The notes beneath the pieces are model-generated. The model ran no database searches, was not told where the DNA came from, and saw only the letters and a program-made list of their open reading frames with translations. The position numbers and the translations under genes were made by a program. Shown in pieces: positions 1-11,789 of a stretch of 64,000 nt of DNA. Position 1 is the stretch's first letter. Each line of letters opens with the position of its first letter. The DNA lies in assembly GCF_963921235.1 (NCBI RefSeq), contig NC_086097.1:7812001-7876000 (forward strand), written 5' to 3'. Origin of the DNA: Mobula hypostoma. Lineage: Eukaryota.

Positions 1-809
1 TCTCTCGACACCCCATACACCTACTAAAACAAATAAATTATTAATCAAATTGCCAGCTGGTATGGTGTGAACCAATCCCTTATGTCTATGTCCATGTCCT
101 TCCCTTTTCCTCACATGATCTTGACATTAAATTCCCTTTTTTGCCCATGGCAAAGATGCCTGAACATGGAAGAGTCAGCTGAGATCGTAACACCAACATA
201 AAAATATTTTGTGCTCCATCAGATTCAGAGAGACTATGACTTTTTATGCTTTACTGAGCAGGTATGCCATTGTATATGAAAATTCTTATTATTTATCAAA
301 GTGCCCATGACAGATTAAGAAAAATCTTTTTTGTTATGCTCCAAGCAGCTCAGTCACAGATTTTCACTCATGGAAGTTGCTTAGTGCTTTGATAAGACAG
401 TTTATAATACTGTGGAATTGTGAAGTGTGACTTATTAAGGAATCCGAATGCAGATATCAAAATCTATTTGTACTTGGTGCTCTTAAGTTACATTTCATTA
501 AATAATATCAAGAACTTTGAATTCTCTCATAGTTGGTTGACAAATGTTACTGTAATGAATGTTGAGTTTTGCTTGGAGTAAACCAACAGAACAAGAGTAA
601 CATTAAAACAAGACGTCAACATTTCCTACTGCATTCAGTATTCAACACAGAATTAGAGTATGCCCACAAGGAAATGTGTCTCAGTGATATATATTTTGAA
701 AAAAAAATTACTTTAAACTTTGAGTTCAGGAGATTGAGAGATGATCACAGAGACGTGATCATAGAGCACCCTCTCGTCATACTAAAGTAAAAAAGGGGTT
801 TTACATTTC

Positions 810-1010
810 ATTTACATGGAAATGAATAAACAGTCGACATTTCAAGCCAAGACTATTCATCAAGATGGAAAGGAAGTGGAAGAGAAAGAGGGAAGGACCT
901 TCCTTTCTTCCACCTACCCCCTTTCAGTTCCCTTTATTTGTTCTTCCCTCTTCCATTCCAGTCCCGAAACATCAACGCTTTATTCATTTCCACAGATGCT
1001 AGTTGACCTG
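810..1010. mobile_element. Penelope-like terminal-repeat (pLTR) remnant in inverted halves; continues at ~1597-1676 after an insertion
   Basis: Matches the 3' repeat of the GIY-YIG element at 32400-32553 (gatgct..tgacctgctgagttcctccagcattttgtgtgtgttgc). Degenerate hammerhead motif on the minus strand at 831-868. Confidence 0.65.
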
Positions 1011-1596
1011 CTGGTTCCTAAGGTTGTCATAGCCGGGGGGTGGTAGTGGAGATGGAAGTGCTCCAAATGGTGTGCGTCTCTAACAGCCTCTGACAGCCAA
1101 TTCCAACTCTTGACCTTCATGTGTGGCTTAGCTACGAGGCCCGGTGGAACTGTTTTTACTGACAAGAGAAGGAGCAAGGGCAGACTACTAGTACCTCAAT
1201 AACAGTTGCTTCAGGTAAGTGGGGCTCATCAGCCTTGGACAGCTGCCTACCTAGGAGAAGGAAAACTCTGCTTTTAAACCTCCACTGTCTTGCGGCCATA
1301 CCCACCCATAGGAAAGGCTTCAGCACTAAACCCTGAGGAAGAAATCGGAGCTAGGTCCCTAAGGCAGTTTGATGTTCTTTACAACTTCACTCTGGCAACC
1401 TCTGCGATGACACTGGAGCCAGACTGTATTGGTACTTACCCTTCCCTTGGACTACATCAGTGACGTGGAGAGGGGGAACTCACTGCATGGGCAACAGCCG
1501 ATTCTTCAAATCTTCCCATCCAGGCTTGCGCCCTGGAGAGGACACAGTCTACCAGAGGTGCAAACCCATGATCCCATGGGATTGACGGCTGCCTAC
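1011..1596 (+). mobile_element. Non-autonomous RTE-type retroelement (5'UTR-derived) with a candidate HDV-like ribozyme
   Basis: Interrupts a pLTR. Contains RTE-5'-like text (ctaggagaaggaaaactctg...aaacctccactg) and ends in a short (cta)n tail. No coding capacity. Confidence 0.55.
1043..1168 (+). ncRNA. Candidate HDV/CPEB3-like ribozyme (degenerate)
   Basis: P2 CUCUUG(1107-1112)/CAAGAG(1163-1168); L3 UUCAUGU; J4/2 ACUGA; partial P1 GUAGUGG/UAGCUAC. Confidence 0.45.
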
Positions 1597-2128
1597 TACC
1601 TGATCTGCTGAGTTCCTCCAGCATTTTGTGTGTGTTGCTCTGGATTTCCCGCATCTACATAATCTGCTGTTCCTGCATTTAATTATGCAATCTAGAATTG
1701 ATGCTGAGAGGTTGTTTTGCCTTGTGACAGATTTTAAAACAACGAGGCATGCCATTAGAACTAGGAACCACCCTTAGAGTGAAGATAAGGAGGAACAGAT
1801 TTTTGTAGAAGGTGTTGAATGTTTGGAATTTTCTACTCCAGAGAGTGGTGGAGGGCTGAATCACTGAACACAGTCAAGTGTGAGATAGATAGATTTGCAA
1901 GACTATGGGAAAAAACAGATGAATGAAACTAAGCAGACGGCTCTTTCATAGAACCGACAGTGAGACACAAAACAAGTAGCCTCTGTCTCTGATATATCTT
2001 TCTGCTAGTATAAACATTGTTGATCATCCACATAAGTGGAATGGCGGCCATTCCAAGTCGAAATTATTATTTCTATTTTTTTATTTAGAAATACAGTGTG
2101 GATAGGCCCTTCTGGCTTTTTATATTTT

Positions 2129-3976
2129 GTAGCTTCAAAACATTAAACTCATTCAAAGGAAGACACAAGAGCCCAAAATGCAGAGAAACTTTGTGCTTAC
2201 TTTAAACGAGGCACATTGCATATCACGTGGTAGCGTGGTGATATGTGCAATTCATATAATTATATATATATATAACCGAAATGGAGTATCTAAATAAATA
2301 AGAATGCTTAATCTACCAAAATACAGTGCCTATAAAAAGTATCCACACTCGCCCCCCCGGAAGTTTTCATGTTTTATTGTTTTACAACGTTGAATTACAG
2401 TGGATTTAATTTGGCTTTTTTGACACTAATCAATAGATAAAGACTCTTTCGTGTCAAACTGAATGCATAATCTCTACAAAGTGATCTAAATTAATTACAA
2501 ATATAAAACACAAAATAATTAATTATTATAAGTAATCACTCCCCCCCCAATATGAAACAGCAAACCATCACAGGTGCAGCCTATTGGTTTTAGAAGTCAC
2601 ATAGTTAATTAATTGGAGATCTGTTTTTGGAGACCTGTGTGCAGTCAAGGTGTTTCAATTGATTGTAGTAAAAATACACCTGTATCTGGAAGGTCCAAAT
2701 ACTGGTTAGTCAGTGTCCTGGCAAAAACTACATGAGGAAGACAAAATAACACTCCAAGCAACTCCATAAAAAGGTTATTGAAAAGCACTAGGATGCAAGA
2801 AAATTTACATGTTATTAAATATTCCTTGGAGTATAGTTAAGTCAATTATCAAGAAGTGGAAAGAATATTGCACAACTGTAAATCTAGAGCAGACCATCAT
2901 CAAAATCTGAATGACCTTTCAAAGAGGGGGACTAGTGAGAGAGGCCATTTAGAGACCTATGAGGAGTTACAGGCTTCACTGGCTGAGATGGGAGAGACAA
3001 CACATACAACTGTTGACTGGCTCCCTCACCAGTCACAGCTTTATGCGAGACTGGCTAAGAAAAAGCCACTGTTGATAAAACACTCACATGAAATCTCAGC
3101 TAGAGCTTGCCAGAAGGCATGTGGGAGGTTCTGAAGTCAGCTGGAAGAAGGTTCTATGGTCTGATTGAGCTTTTTGGCCATCATACTAAACACTATGTTT
3201 GGCATAAGCCAAACACTGCACAACATCAAAAACACACCATCCCTATCATGGAGCATGGTGGTGGCTGCATCATGCTGTGGGGATACTTCACTGCAGCAGG
3301 CCCTGGAAGGCTTGTGAAGGTAGAGAAAAACTGAATGTAGCAAAATACAGGGAAATCCTGGAGGGAAACTGAATGCAGTCTGCAAGAGAACTGCAACTTG
3401 GGAGAAGATTTGTGTTTCAGCAGGACAATGACCCACAATCATAAAGCCAAGCTACACAGGAATGGCTTAGAAACAAAGTTAATGTCCAGGAGTGGCCAAG
3501 TCAGAGTCCAGATCTCAATCCAATTGAGAATTTGTGGCTAGACTCCAAAGGGCTGTTCATTCACGATCTCCATACAATCTGACAGAGCTTGAGCAGTTTT
3601 ATAAGAAGAATGGGGAAAAATTGCTGTGTCCAGATGTGCAAAGCTGATAGAGACCTATCCACAGACTCAAGGCTGTAATTGCTGTCAAAGATGGATTTAC
3701 TCAATACTGACTTGAAGAAGGTGAAAACTTTTGCAATTAATTATTTTGTGTTTAATAATTGTAATAAATTTAGTCCAATTTGTAGAAATTTGTTTCCACT
3801 TTGAAACGAAAGGGTTTTTTCTGTTGATCAATGTCAAAAAAGCCAAATTAAATCGACTGTGATTCTATGTTGTAAAACAATAAAATGTGAAGGCTTGAAA
3901 GGGGGAGTGAACACTTTTTATGGGCACTGTATATACACAAGATTACTCAACTGTTACTTAAATATTAAATGCTAAC
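2129..3976 (-). mobile_element. Solo-LTR-like fragment split by the Tc1 insertion, itself inside a SINE
   Basis: SINE text (tttatttagaaatacagtgtggataggcccttc...) stops at ~2120 and resumes at ~3978 (ccagcccttcgagc). The intervening non-Tc1 sequence ends in ...ctaaca. Confidence 0.4.
2324..3929 (+). mobile_element. Tc1/mariner DNA transposon, ~1.6 kb, transposase pseudogenised
   Basis: TA|CAGTGCCTATAAAAAGT...ACTTTTTATGGGCACTG|TA with long (~200 bp) TIRs. Transposase remnants [35 protein letters not shown]. Confidence 0.93.
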
Positions 3977-4604
3977 ACCAGCCCTTCGAGCAACGTTGCA
4001 AGCAACTCCTAATTTAACCCTAGACTAACCATGACAATGACCAGTTAACCTGCTAATCAATACGTCTTTGGAATGTAGGAAAGCAAAGCACCCAGAGGAA
4101 ATGCACGGATTGCACAAGGAGAAGGTACAGACTCCTTATAGAGGACATCGCGCTAACCGCTATGCCTCGCATAAAAATATGTGTTTCATTGAAGATGAGG
4201 GTCCCTAAAAATGACACTGAATACAGAAAGTAGAGTGTACACATTGCAAAGTGATAATGCATGAGCCTAAAGCATATGAAGATTTAAAATTTTGCTCCAT
4301 ATTTTACAGCATATGTTAAATGAAAATATCTTTTCTGGACGACATACTGTGACGTGCCAGCTTTCTTTTCACAGAGGACGATTGCACTTAATGGAAAAAA
4401 GACAAATTGATTCAAGATTATTTGATCCTATGTACCTTTGATAAAAGTCTTATGTTTGAATTCAATGCAACTACTCCCTCACATGCCAACTCTGATCATG
4501 TTAGTAACTTAAAGTATTATAATGAATGTTTATTTATTTATTTAGCAATACAGTGTGGAGCAGGCCCCTCCAGCCCTTAGAGACACGCAACCTCACAACC
4601 CTGA

Positions 4605-4785
4605 TTACTTACTACCCATTATGCTGCTGGTGTTTAGGGCAGCAATGAAGGTCCACCACCTCTGTCTGTCCATACAGTCACTGACAGATAAAGAAGTATT
4701 CTTCATTGCTGTTTTCTTAACAATCTTTCTTGGCCCATCAGGGTTGTCAGTCCTGAGCTGAACACCGAAACTGGAGGAGCAGTTT
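4605..4785 (-). mobile_element. RTE-type short element inserted in a tRNA-SINE (same family as 17963-18232)
   Basis: Shares acttact.cc..tta.gc.gctgg..tttaggg.agc.atgaaggtc..cca.ctctgtctgt with 17963-18030. Confidence 0.55.
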
Positions 4786-5108
4786 TTGGATGTCTTTGGA
4801 CTGAGCACCCAGAGGAAACACATACAGTCACGGGGAGAACATAGAAACTCCTCACAGGCAGTGGCGGGAATGGAACCCAACCCTGGTACTGTTAAGTACT
4901 GTGCTAACCATGATGCTACTGTGCTTCCCCTGCCTGGGTACGTCTTTGGACTGTGAGAGAAAACCAGAGCACCCAGGGAAAGCACATGCATTCCATAGGG
5001 AGGACATACAGGGACTCCTTACGGAATGGCACCAGAACTAAACACTGAACTCTGGACACTCCAAGCTGTAATAGCATCATTCTATTCGCTAGCTACCGTG
5101 GCACCCAG
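4786..5108 (-). mobile_element. Two tandem tRNA-derived SINE (V-SINE/HE1-like) fragments
   Basis: Repeated gtctttggactg..ag.aaaccagagcacc and gctaaccatgatgctactgtg motifs, also seen at 27050, 28470, 30630 and 38235. Confidence 0.65.
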
Positions 5109-6896
5109 AAGTGTCTTTCAGATGAAGATCTGTTTCTCCATTATTTCTTTAGAATTTACCCGTTTCAGTTTTAGAGGAAATGCTTGGAGCATGACATTCC
5201 AAAACAACAACTAGGACAACCAAGTACATTTTCTCTCCTCACTAAGATATCTGTCAGCCAATTGATGGGCTATCTCTTGGAAGTACAAGGACGAAAAGTT
5301 TCATTAGTCCTGCAGGCCCATGCGGCAAGCCGTAGCATATTGAGTTCCAGGGATTCTAGAGCATCTGTATTTATTAATTTTTGTGATAACTAGAGTTGTT
5401 AAAACCTTATGCTTTCTGTGTACCTTGTTAAGTTTACTTTGACTGGCATGGGTTTTCCATGTACTGTGATTATTTCCTTATTAGTGCTTATCGTAGGGTC
5501 CCTGTTTTGAGAATGATTTGTCTCGTGGTGTCATTCCAATGAGCCACCGATATTCTGTTAGAAATCTTATATATAAACTCATTTTCATCTCTACATTGGA
5601 GTCTGTCATTTCACTGCCCCTGGGTTTAATTGTTGCAAGTGCGCACGGAGAACAAAGGGTCGTTTGACGCCCACATATGCTGTCTAAGTGGGTGGTGAAA
5701 ATGGATATTCTCACACCATTTAACAAATATCTAGATGACAACTTGAATTGCTAAGGCATATAATATTATTCAAGTTCAAGTTTATTGTCATCTGACTGTA
5801 CATATATACAAGTAAACAAAACAACATTCCCCCAGATCACGGGGCAGCCAGAATAAATGTATCACACACAGCACAGAGAATTTCAAATTTTAGAGTTCAA
5901 AATAAATTTATTGTCAAAGTATGCATATATCACTACATACAACCCTAAGTTTCATTTTCTTGCAGGCGTACTCAGTAAATCTGTAGAATAATAACCTTAA
6001 TAGAATCAATGTATGATCGCCCAAATAGACTGCATCCAATGGGACAGACAAACAACTGATGTGCAGAAGACAACAAACTGTGCAAATATAAAAAAGAAAG
6101 AAAGAACAATAAAAATAAGCAATAATTATTAAGAACATAAAATGAAATAAGGTATTACCATATTTAAGTTAATAAAATACAATTCAAAATATACGTGAAC
6201 CGCATAGCACAGGTAAACAGTAAACAGCTTGCTGTCCTAGTGACAAGACATCAGTGGTAGCCGAGTATTCATTAGGTTATCGCATGCAGAAAGAAGCTTT
6301 TACCCTTTCTAGCAGTCTGAGTTCTGAAGGGCCTATATCTCCTTTCTGACGGTGGAGGGTTCCAAGAGATTGCGAGTGCTAGGAATTCTTAAGAATGTTT
6401 CAGGTCCTTTGTCTGCAAGACTTGGTAAATGGGACCATTGAAGGTGGGTAATTGATTGTGGGCTTGGACGTGATAATCTGAATGGTCTGTTGGCCTCTGT
6501 AATTCTAATACAGATTAGAATACATTGGGACAAGATGACCAGCTTGATCATTTCTGATTTCACGGTAATATGGAAACAATTTGCGGATTCCACATCAACA
6601 AGAAAATCCTGATATTCTTTTGTCATTACTGTGGTTTCGACAATACGTTATTGTTGCTGATGCAGCCACGATAGTTACACTCACACAATGGTTGTGAGCA
6701 ACTAGTAGTAGTGCAATGTGATCACATGAGAGGAGTATGATGTTCTCATAGGGAGTTGACCTTTGGTAGGCCCTCAAATGGCTGTGGAGGCTGATCCAGA
6801 ATTCACATACAGTACTGTGCAAAAGTCTTAGGCACATATTTATAATGAGAGTGTATGAATACTACCTCAGTATATTTTTCCTCTCTTTTTGCACTG

Positions 6897-7049
6897 CAGT
6901 CGATCTTCACTAATCCGACTACTTGTAATCCGGTTCCTTCCATAATCCGGCACTGATTATGCTTAATGTGGTCCTTCTGTAATTCGTCATTTTCACTAAT
7001 CCGGCACTCCTCAGGTCCCAATGGTGCCGGATTAGTGAAGGTCGACCTG
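6897..7049. mobile_element. Tigger/pogo-like MITE
   Basis: TIRs cagtcgatcttcactaatccg / cggattagtgaaggtcgacctg, with internal taatccgg repeats. Confidence 0.7.
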
Positions 7050-7064
7050 CACTTATTTAATTTT

Positions 7065-8033
7065 TGGGTGGCAGAGGTAGAGAAAAGTCTCTACCACAGC
7101 GTGTGTAGGCACTCTTTCCCTCCGTTAGCCAGCAGGTCACCCTTGGGCAAGCTGTAGCACCTGCTTAGCTCCCCCTCCCCATAAACAGCGTCAAATGAAA
7201 CCATGGGAGCAGGTGGTAGATGGTGATATGAGCAGCCGATGTTTATCATAAATCCTGGTTATGTGACCCATTGACTCCAGGCAGACAAACTCTGAAGAGT
7301 ATTGTTAATGGCTGGGGTCACCCGTCTTGCAAAGACACTGCCCAGAAGAAGCCAATGGCAAACCATTTCTGTATGTAATAGAATGTACGTATTTCTGTAT
7401 ACAGCAGTGTAAGGTTTCACTGCTACTGTAATGGTTTCTCTGCAGAAACAATGTTTGGGTTATGACTAGAGATAACGGGGCTTTGGAATGTGTAGGCTAT
7501 CCAATGAGAGGAAAGTTGTTCTTTCTTGTGGGTCTGGGAGCAGGGATTTTGTGGTCTTTTGCTGAGGAGAGAAGACGTGAAAGGAGAGAGTTGGTAGACC
7601 ACTGGATGGAGTGGACTTGGAGCGAAGGTCTGCGGGTCGGCTATGCTTGGAGAGATCGACAGAAAACCAGAGGGCTGAACTGTGAGCTCCAATGTTACAC
7701 ATTAGACTATTTCATGAAAATGGGTCCTTTTCTTTTTTTTTGTTTCTTTACTAACCTTACAGTCAAATTAAGAATTATAAAGCTCAATTGTTTAATCACA
7801 TATTGTGTTCTGTTTGTTATTTCGGGGTACTGATTTGTTACAGGGGATATATCACGCAGCATCCACCCAAACGAGATTTCTTAAGTTTGGCTGGGCCCGG
7901 GGCTGTCTTCCCCTAGATTAAGCGGCTAGCCAAGCCGAGAGTTACATGTAGAAAAATTAGCTAAGAATAATCATGGTCATGGAAAGGCCATGATCACCCA
8001 CGATATACAACATGGCACATAATGATGATGATG
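7065..8033 (+). mobile_element. RTE-related SINE split by a solo LTR; second copy at 42200-42560 (-)
   Basis: BovB/RTE-like 3' motif aatggcaaaccatttctgta|gaaaaatt..aagaataatcatggtcatgg and a (gat)n tail. Colinear with the reverse complement of 42200-42560. Confidence 0.7.
7374..7946 (+). mobile_element. Solo LTR (573 bp)
   Basis: TGTAAT...GTTACA termini. 4-bp TSD TGTA at 7370-7373 and 7947-7950. 3' part resembles 41144-41846. Confidence 0.85.
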
Positions 8034-8139
8034 CATTTAATTTTCTTTCTTTATATATACTAAGTGTAATTTATAGCTTATTTTTATTATTATGCATTGC
8101 AATGAACTGCTGCTGCAAGACATCAAATTTCACAACATA

Positions 8140-8206
8140 CAGTACTTTGCAAAAGCCTTAGGCACCCTAGCTATCTATATGTGCTTAGGACTTATCACAG
8201 TATTGT
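8140..8206. mobile_element. Miniature Tc1-type MITE (almost TIR-only); half copy at 6810-6838
   Basis: cagtactttgcaaaagccttaggcac ... gtgcttaggacttatcacagtattg imperfect palindrome. Confidence 0.6.
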
Positions 8207-10219
8207 GCTCTGGTGTAGTGTGGGCAAAAGTAAGTGATGGCTGAGGTTAGTGGTTGGATCTTTCAGTCTCTCCTTTCACAGCTGTGGCTGGTTCTCTGCT
8301 GCACAATGGAGGCTGCTGCTGTGTAGCACAGTTCTCTCTTAAACAGGTTTCCTCCAGATGGATCTATTAAATGCAATATCCTGTGAGAGTAATTTAATCT
8401 CAATTGGAGAATGAAAAAGGCAGATCATTCCAACCTTCTCAAGGGATGGGCAACACCCATGTTATATTTGAAAATTACAGAAACTTTTCAATAGCAGATA
8501 ACAGATAGCTTCCCTCATATTTTTTGTCATTAGTCATTGGGATTTTTTATATCAAATAAAATTCTGTAATATAAGCATTTATTCAAATATAACTGGATTG
8601 TGTTGTTGTGTTATTACTGCTACTGCAAAACAACAAATTTCACGACATATACCAGTGATATTAAACCTGATTCCGATTTGGCAAGACCAGCATTAATTGT
8701 CTATCCCTAAATTCCCCCTTACTAAATGACTTGCTCACCTACTTCAGGAAACAATTACAAGACAATCACAGCATTAAGGGTGTAGAGTTACAGACAGCTC
8801 TGAACAGGAAAAGGGTAGTACACAATCCATCCCTAAACAACACTCATCAACCAGGAGGCAAAAGAATAATTCCATGGCTACCGTAATTATGACAAGTGTT
8901 TCAATTCCAGACTAATCATCTAAATATCGCAGTTGATGATGATTTCAGATCACTAGCCTACACTTCTGTAATAATCAAGTGAGTTGCTGGCTTGTTGCGT
9001 GTCACATTTCTCACTGGTAAATCTGTCTGAGAAAAGCTGATTGAAGAGCTAAGTATCTCTGACAGCATCCAAATGCCAATGGGACATTTGTGTGCTATGG
9101 ATTCAGAGTACTGTAGGATTGCTGAAAATTTGTAATCTTTTTTTTAAAACCTGTGATTTGTTTGCTTATTCCTTGTTAGGCAGGTTGTTTGATACAGAAC
9201 CTCTATTAATCCTCACAACTTTAATCAGCTAATAATCTATGCCATTAGCAAAGGTTAATTAAGAAAAACACTAATTTGCATTGTTTATGCATTGTAAACA
9301 TGTAGATAATATATAATGTTGATAAGGATATAACAACAAGAAATAATAGATTATTTCAGAACTTTTTTTAAATTCACCACTTAGTTCAAAATACCCTATA
9401 GCACAATTACCTTGATGTGGATATCCGATTACATTAAATAAATGCTCCTGTGTGCCCACAAGATCAAACTGTGCTGTGATTCTGGAAACTGAAGGCTACA
9501 ATTAATGAAGTGTCGTTATCAGTACAAGGCATTAATTTCAATTAGTCTTGATTTTGGAATGTTTGAATGGTTCTGTATTTAATTAAGAACTGATAACTGT
9601 CTTAAGTGATTCCAGGCCTGGGATAAAAGTAGTTGCTTAGGGATGCAAGCAAGCAAAAGCTTCTACTTTCTTTAAAATGTGGCAATTGTTTAAGTGGCAG
9701 AGGATGGTGGATTTTCAAGCAGTTTCCATTCAATGGACTGTTTGCACCCAAAAGATTTCTCTCAGTCAGTCGTGTCTCTAGTCAGCTGGAACAGTAAGAC
9801 CAGCCTGAGGAACTTCCTGGACTAAATGCTAAAATTTTGGAACTTTGGCAGGGCTCGATACAGTCATGACCCAGTTATGGTTACCTCCCAGCATGGACTG
9901 GTCTTGTACTGGAACCTCGCTGACATTAGAGGGTGGGAAATGGTGTGCAGATGTGCCTCTTGAAGGCAGCGGCTTTTGTCTAAAGGAACTAATATTTATT
10001 TTTTACTAGCCACAGAGGAATAACAAACTGTATCAAGTAGTAGGTCTGCTCTTTTTTTACTATTGCACACTTGCCAATCTTCCAATCTTTTGAATAAATT
10101 TTAACAAATGTAGGTTGTTTACTTTTTATCCTTGTGGGATTCAGTTTCACTGGAAAAATAACGTTTATCCTGTAGAATATGGTTCAAAGAACCACTCTCC
10201 AGTGTACAAAGGATCTAAA

Positions 10220-10780
10220 ATCAGAATCTGTTGTGAAATCAGCATATGTCGTGAAATTTGTTGTTTTGTGGCAGCAGTACGTTGCAATACATAGTGATAA
10301 AAAAAATCTATAAATTACAATTAGAAATATATTAAAACAAATTAAATAAGTAGTGCTGTAATTGAACCAGAATTAGGCAGCCTCAGCAGCATCCTGTATA
10401 ATCACACCATGACTTTCCAATATTTAAACTCATATTTATACTGACCTAGGAAAAGCAGCATGAAAAAGTCCATCAGAATTCAGTTTAATATCATTAGAAT
10501 GTGTCATGAAATTACTGTTTTACTGCAGCAGTACAATGCGATACACAATAAAAATAAATATAAATTAGAATAAGAGTATGTTTTAAAAATAAATTGACAG
10601 GTATTGCAAATAAGAGAGCTAAAAAAAGAGTGAGGTGGTGTATATTGGTTCATTGTCCATTCAGAAATCTGATGGCAGAGGGGAAGAAGCTGTTCCAAAA
10701 ATATTGAGTGTATATCTATAGGCTCCTGTACCTCCGCCTTGATGGTAGCAAAGAGAAGAGGGGCAAGTCTTATAATGATG
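10220..10780 (-). mobile_element. Rex1/Babar-type LINE 3' fragments
   Basis: (agaatc) tail plus gtgaaatttgttgttttgtggcagcagtac and tcagaaatctgatggcagaggggaagaagctg. Recurs at 15181, 42600, 43240 and 56805. Confidence 0.6.
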
Positions 10781-10849
10781 GAAGATTAGTCAAGCTGAGG
10801 CATGCCCACACTATATTGTTTCATATCAGTAAAAGTATCCTCCCAGGAG

Positions 10850-11526
10850 GGGGGAGAAGATGGCAGCGCGACAGCAGCGCGCGTGGCCACTTCGGTGATG
10901 ATATCTGTCAAGTAGGGGACCGTGCACAGTTCTGATTTGATGAAGACAGACATGAGAGCACAGAGGAACATCTGGAAAACTTCTGAAATGCCTGCTTCGC
11001 TTCCGCTGTTACTGTGTGGTAGCCAGAATCTCTGGAGCTGAAGGCCCCGAAATCCTCCGCTTTGCATGTTTCAGCCGCCGGGGAGAAGTCGAAGGCGCTC
11101 GGCAGAGGATGGCGCTCGGGAGGCTGTATCGGAGGGGCTGGTTGGAGGCTCGAAGTTTTCGGATGGACGGATTCAGTATCGGCTGTGGTCGGCTGCTTCC
11201 AAGGTATCGGCAAGTTGACGGTGCCTGGAGGTTTATGGCAGGGAGTTTCTCCCTTTTGCTGCCTGCTATCGGGGACTCGGGAGTCAATCGACTCGGGACT
11301 TTGAGACTTTTTTTTTTACTGTGCCCATGGTCTGTTCTTCATCAAATTATGGCATTGCTTTGCACCGCTGTAACTATATGTTATAATTATGTGGTTGTGT
11401 CAGTGTTAGTCTTTGGTCTGTCCTGTTTTCTGTAATATCACTCCGGAGAAACATTGTATCATTTCTTAATATGTGTATGCATTTCTAAATGACAATAAAA
11501 GAGGACTGTGTGTTCTCATAATCTAA
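10850..11526 (+). mobile_element. ~680-nt non-autonomous retroelement (AAGATGGC-start, AATAAA + (aatct)n end); second copy at 36210-36845
   Basis: The two copies align end to end (gcacagaggaacatctg..; aaatgacaataaaagaggactg.gtg..ctcataatct). Confidence 0.75.
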
Positions 11527-11789
11527 ACAGGACACCAAGTTTCACAAACACAAGAAAGTCTGCAGATGTGGGAAATCCAAAACAATACAGACAAAATGTT
11601 TGAGGAACTCAGCAAATCAGGCAGCATCTATGGAAAGGGAAAAACAGTCAAACGTTTCTGGCTGAGACATTTCATCAGGACACTGAGTTTTCTGCCTTCC
11701 AGTTATACTGAGAAAGAGGCTGAAGTAAATGCCGCAGACACAGCTTTTTCCGAGTTTCCTGAGTGTCCATATTTGTCAGGTACCGAATA

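Noticed and set aside
7065..7170. Possible HDV-like fold in the RTE-related SINE head (cacccuu-GGGCAA-hairpin-gcuuag), also 42455-42558
   Set aside because: I could not place a proper L3 with CC and G25 equivalents or a J4/2 consistent with P2; insufficient support from two decayed copies.
10123..10149. 27-nt minus-strand micro-exon that would bridge reading phases between two candidate exons
   Set aside because: Weak donor (GTAAAC) and found post hoc; likely chance.
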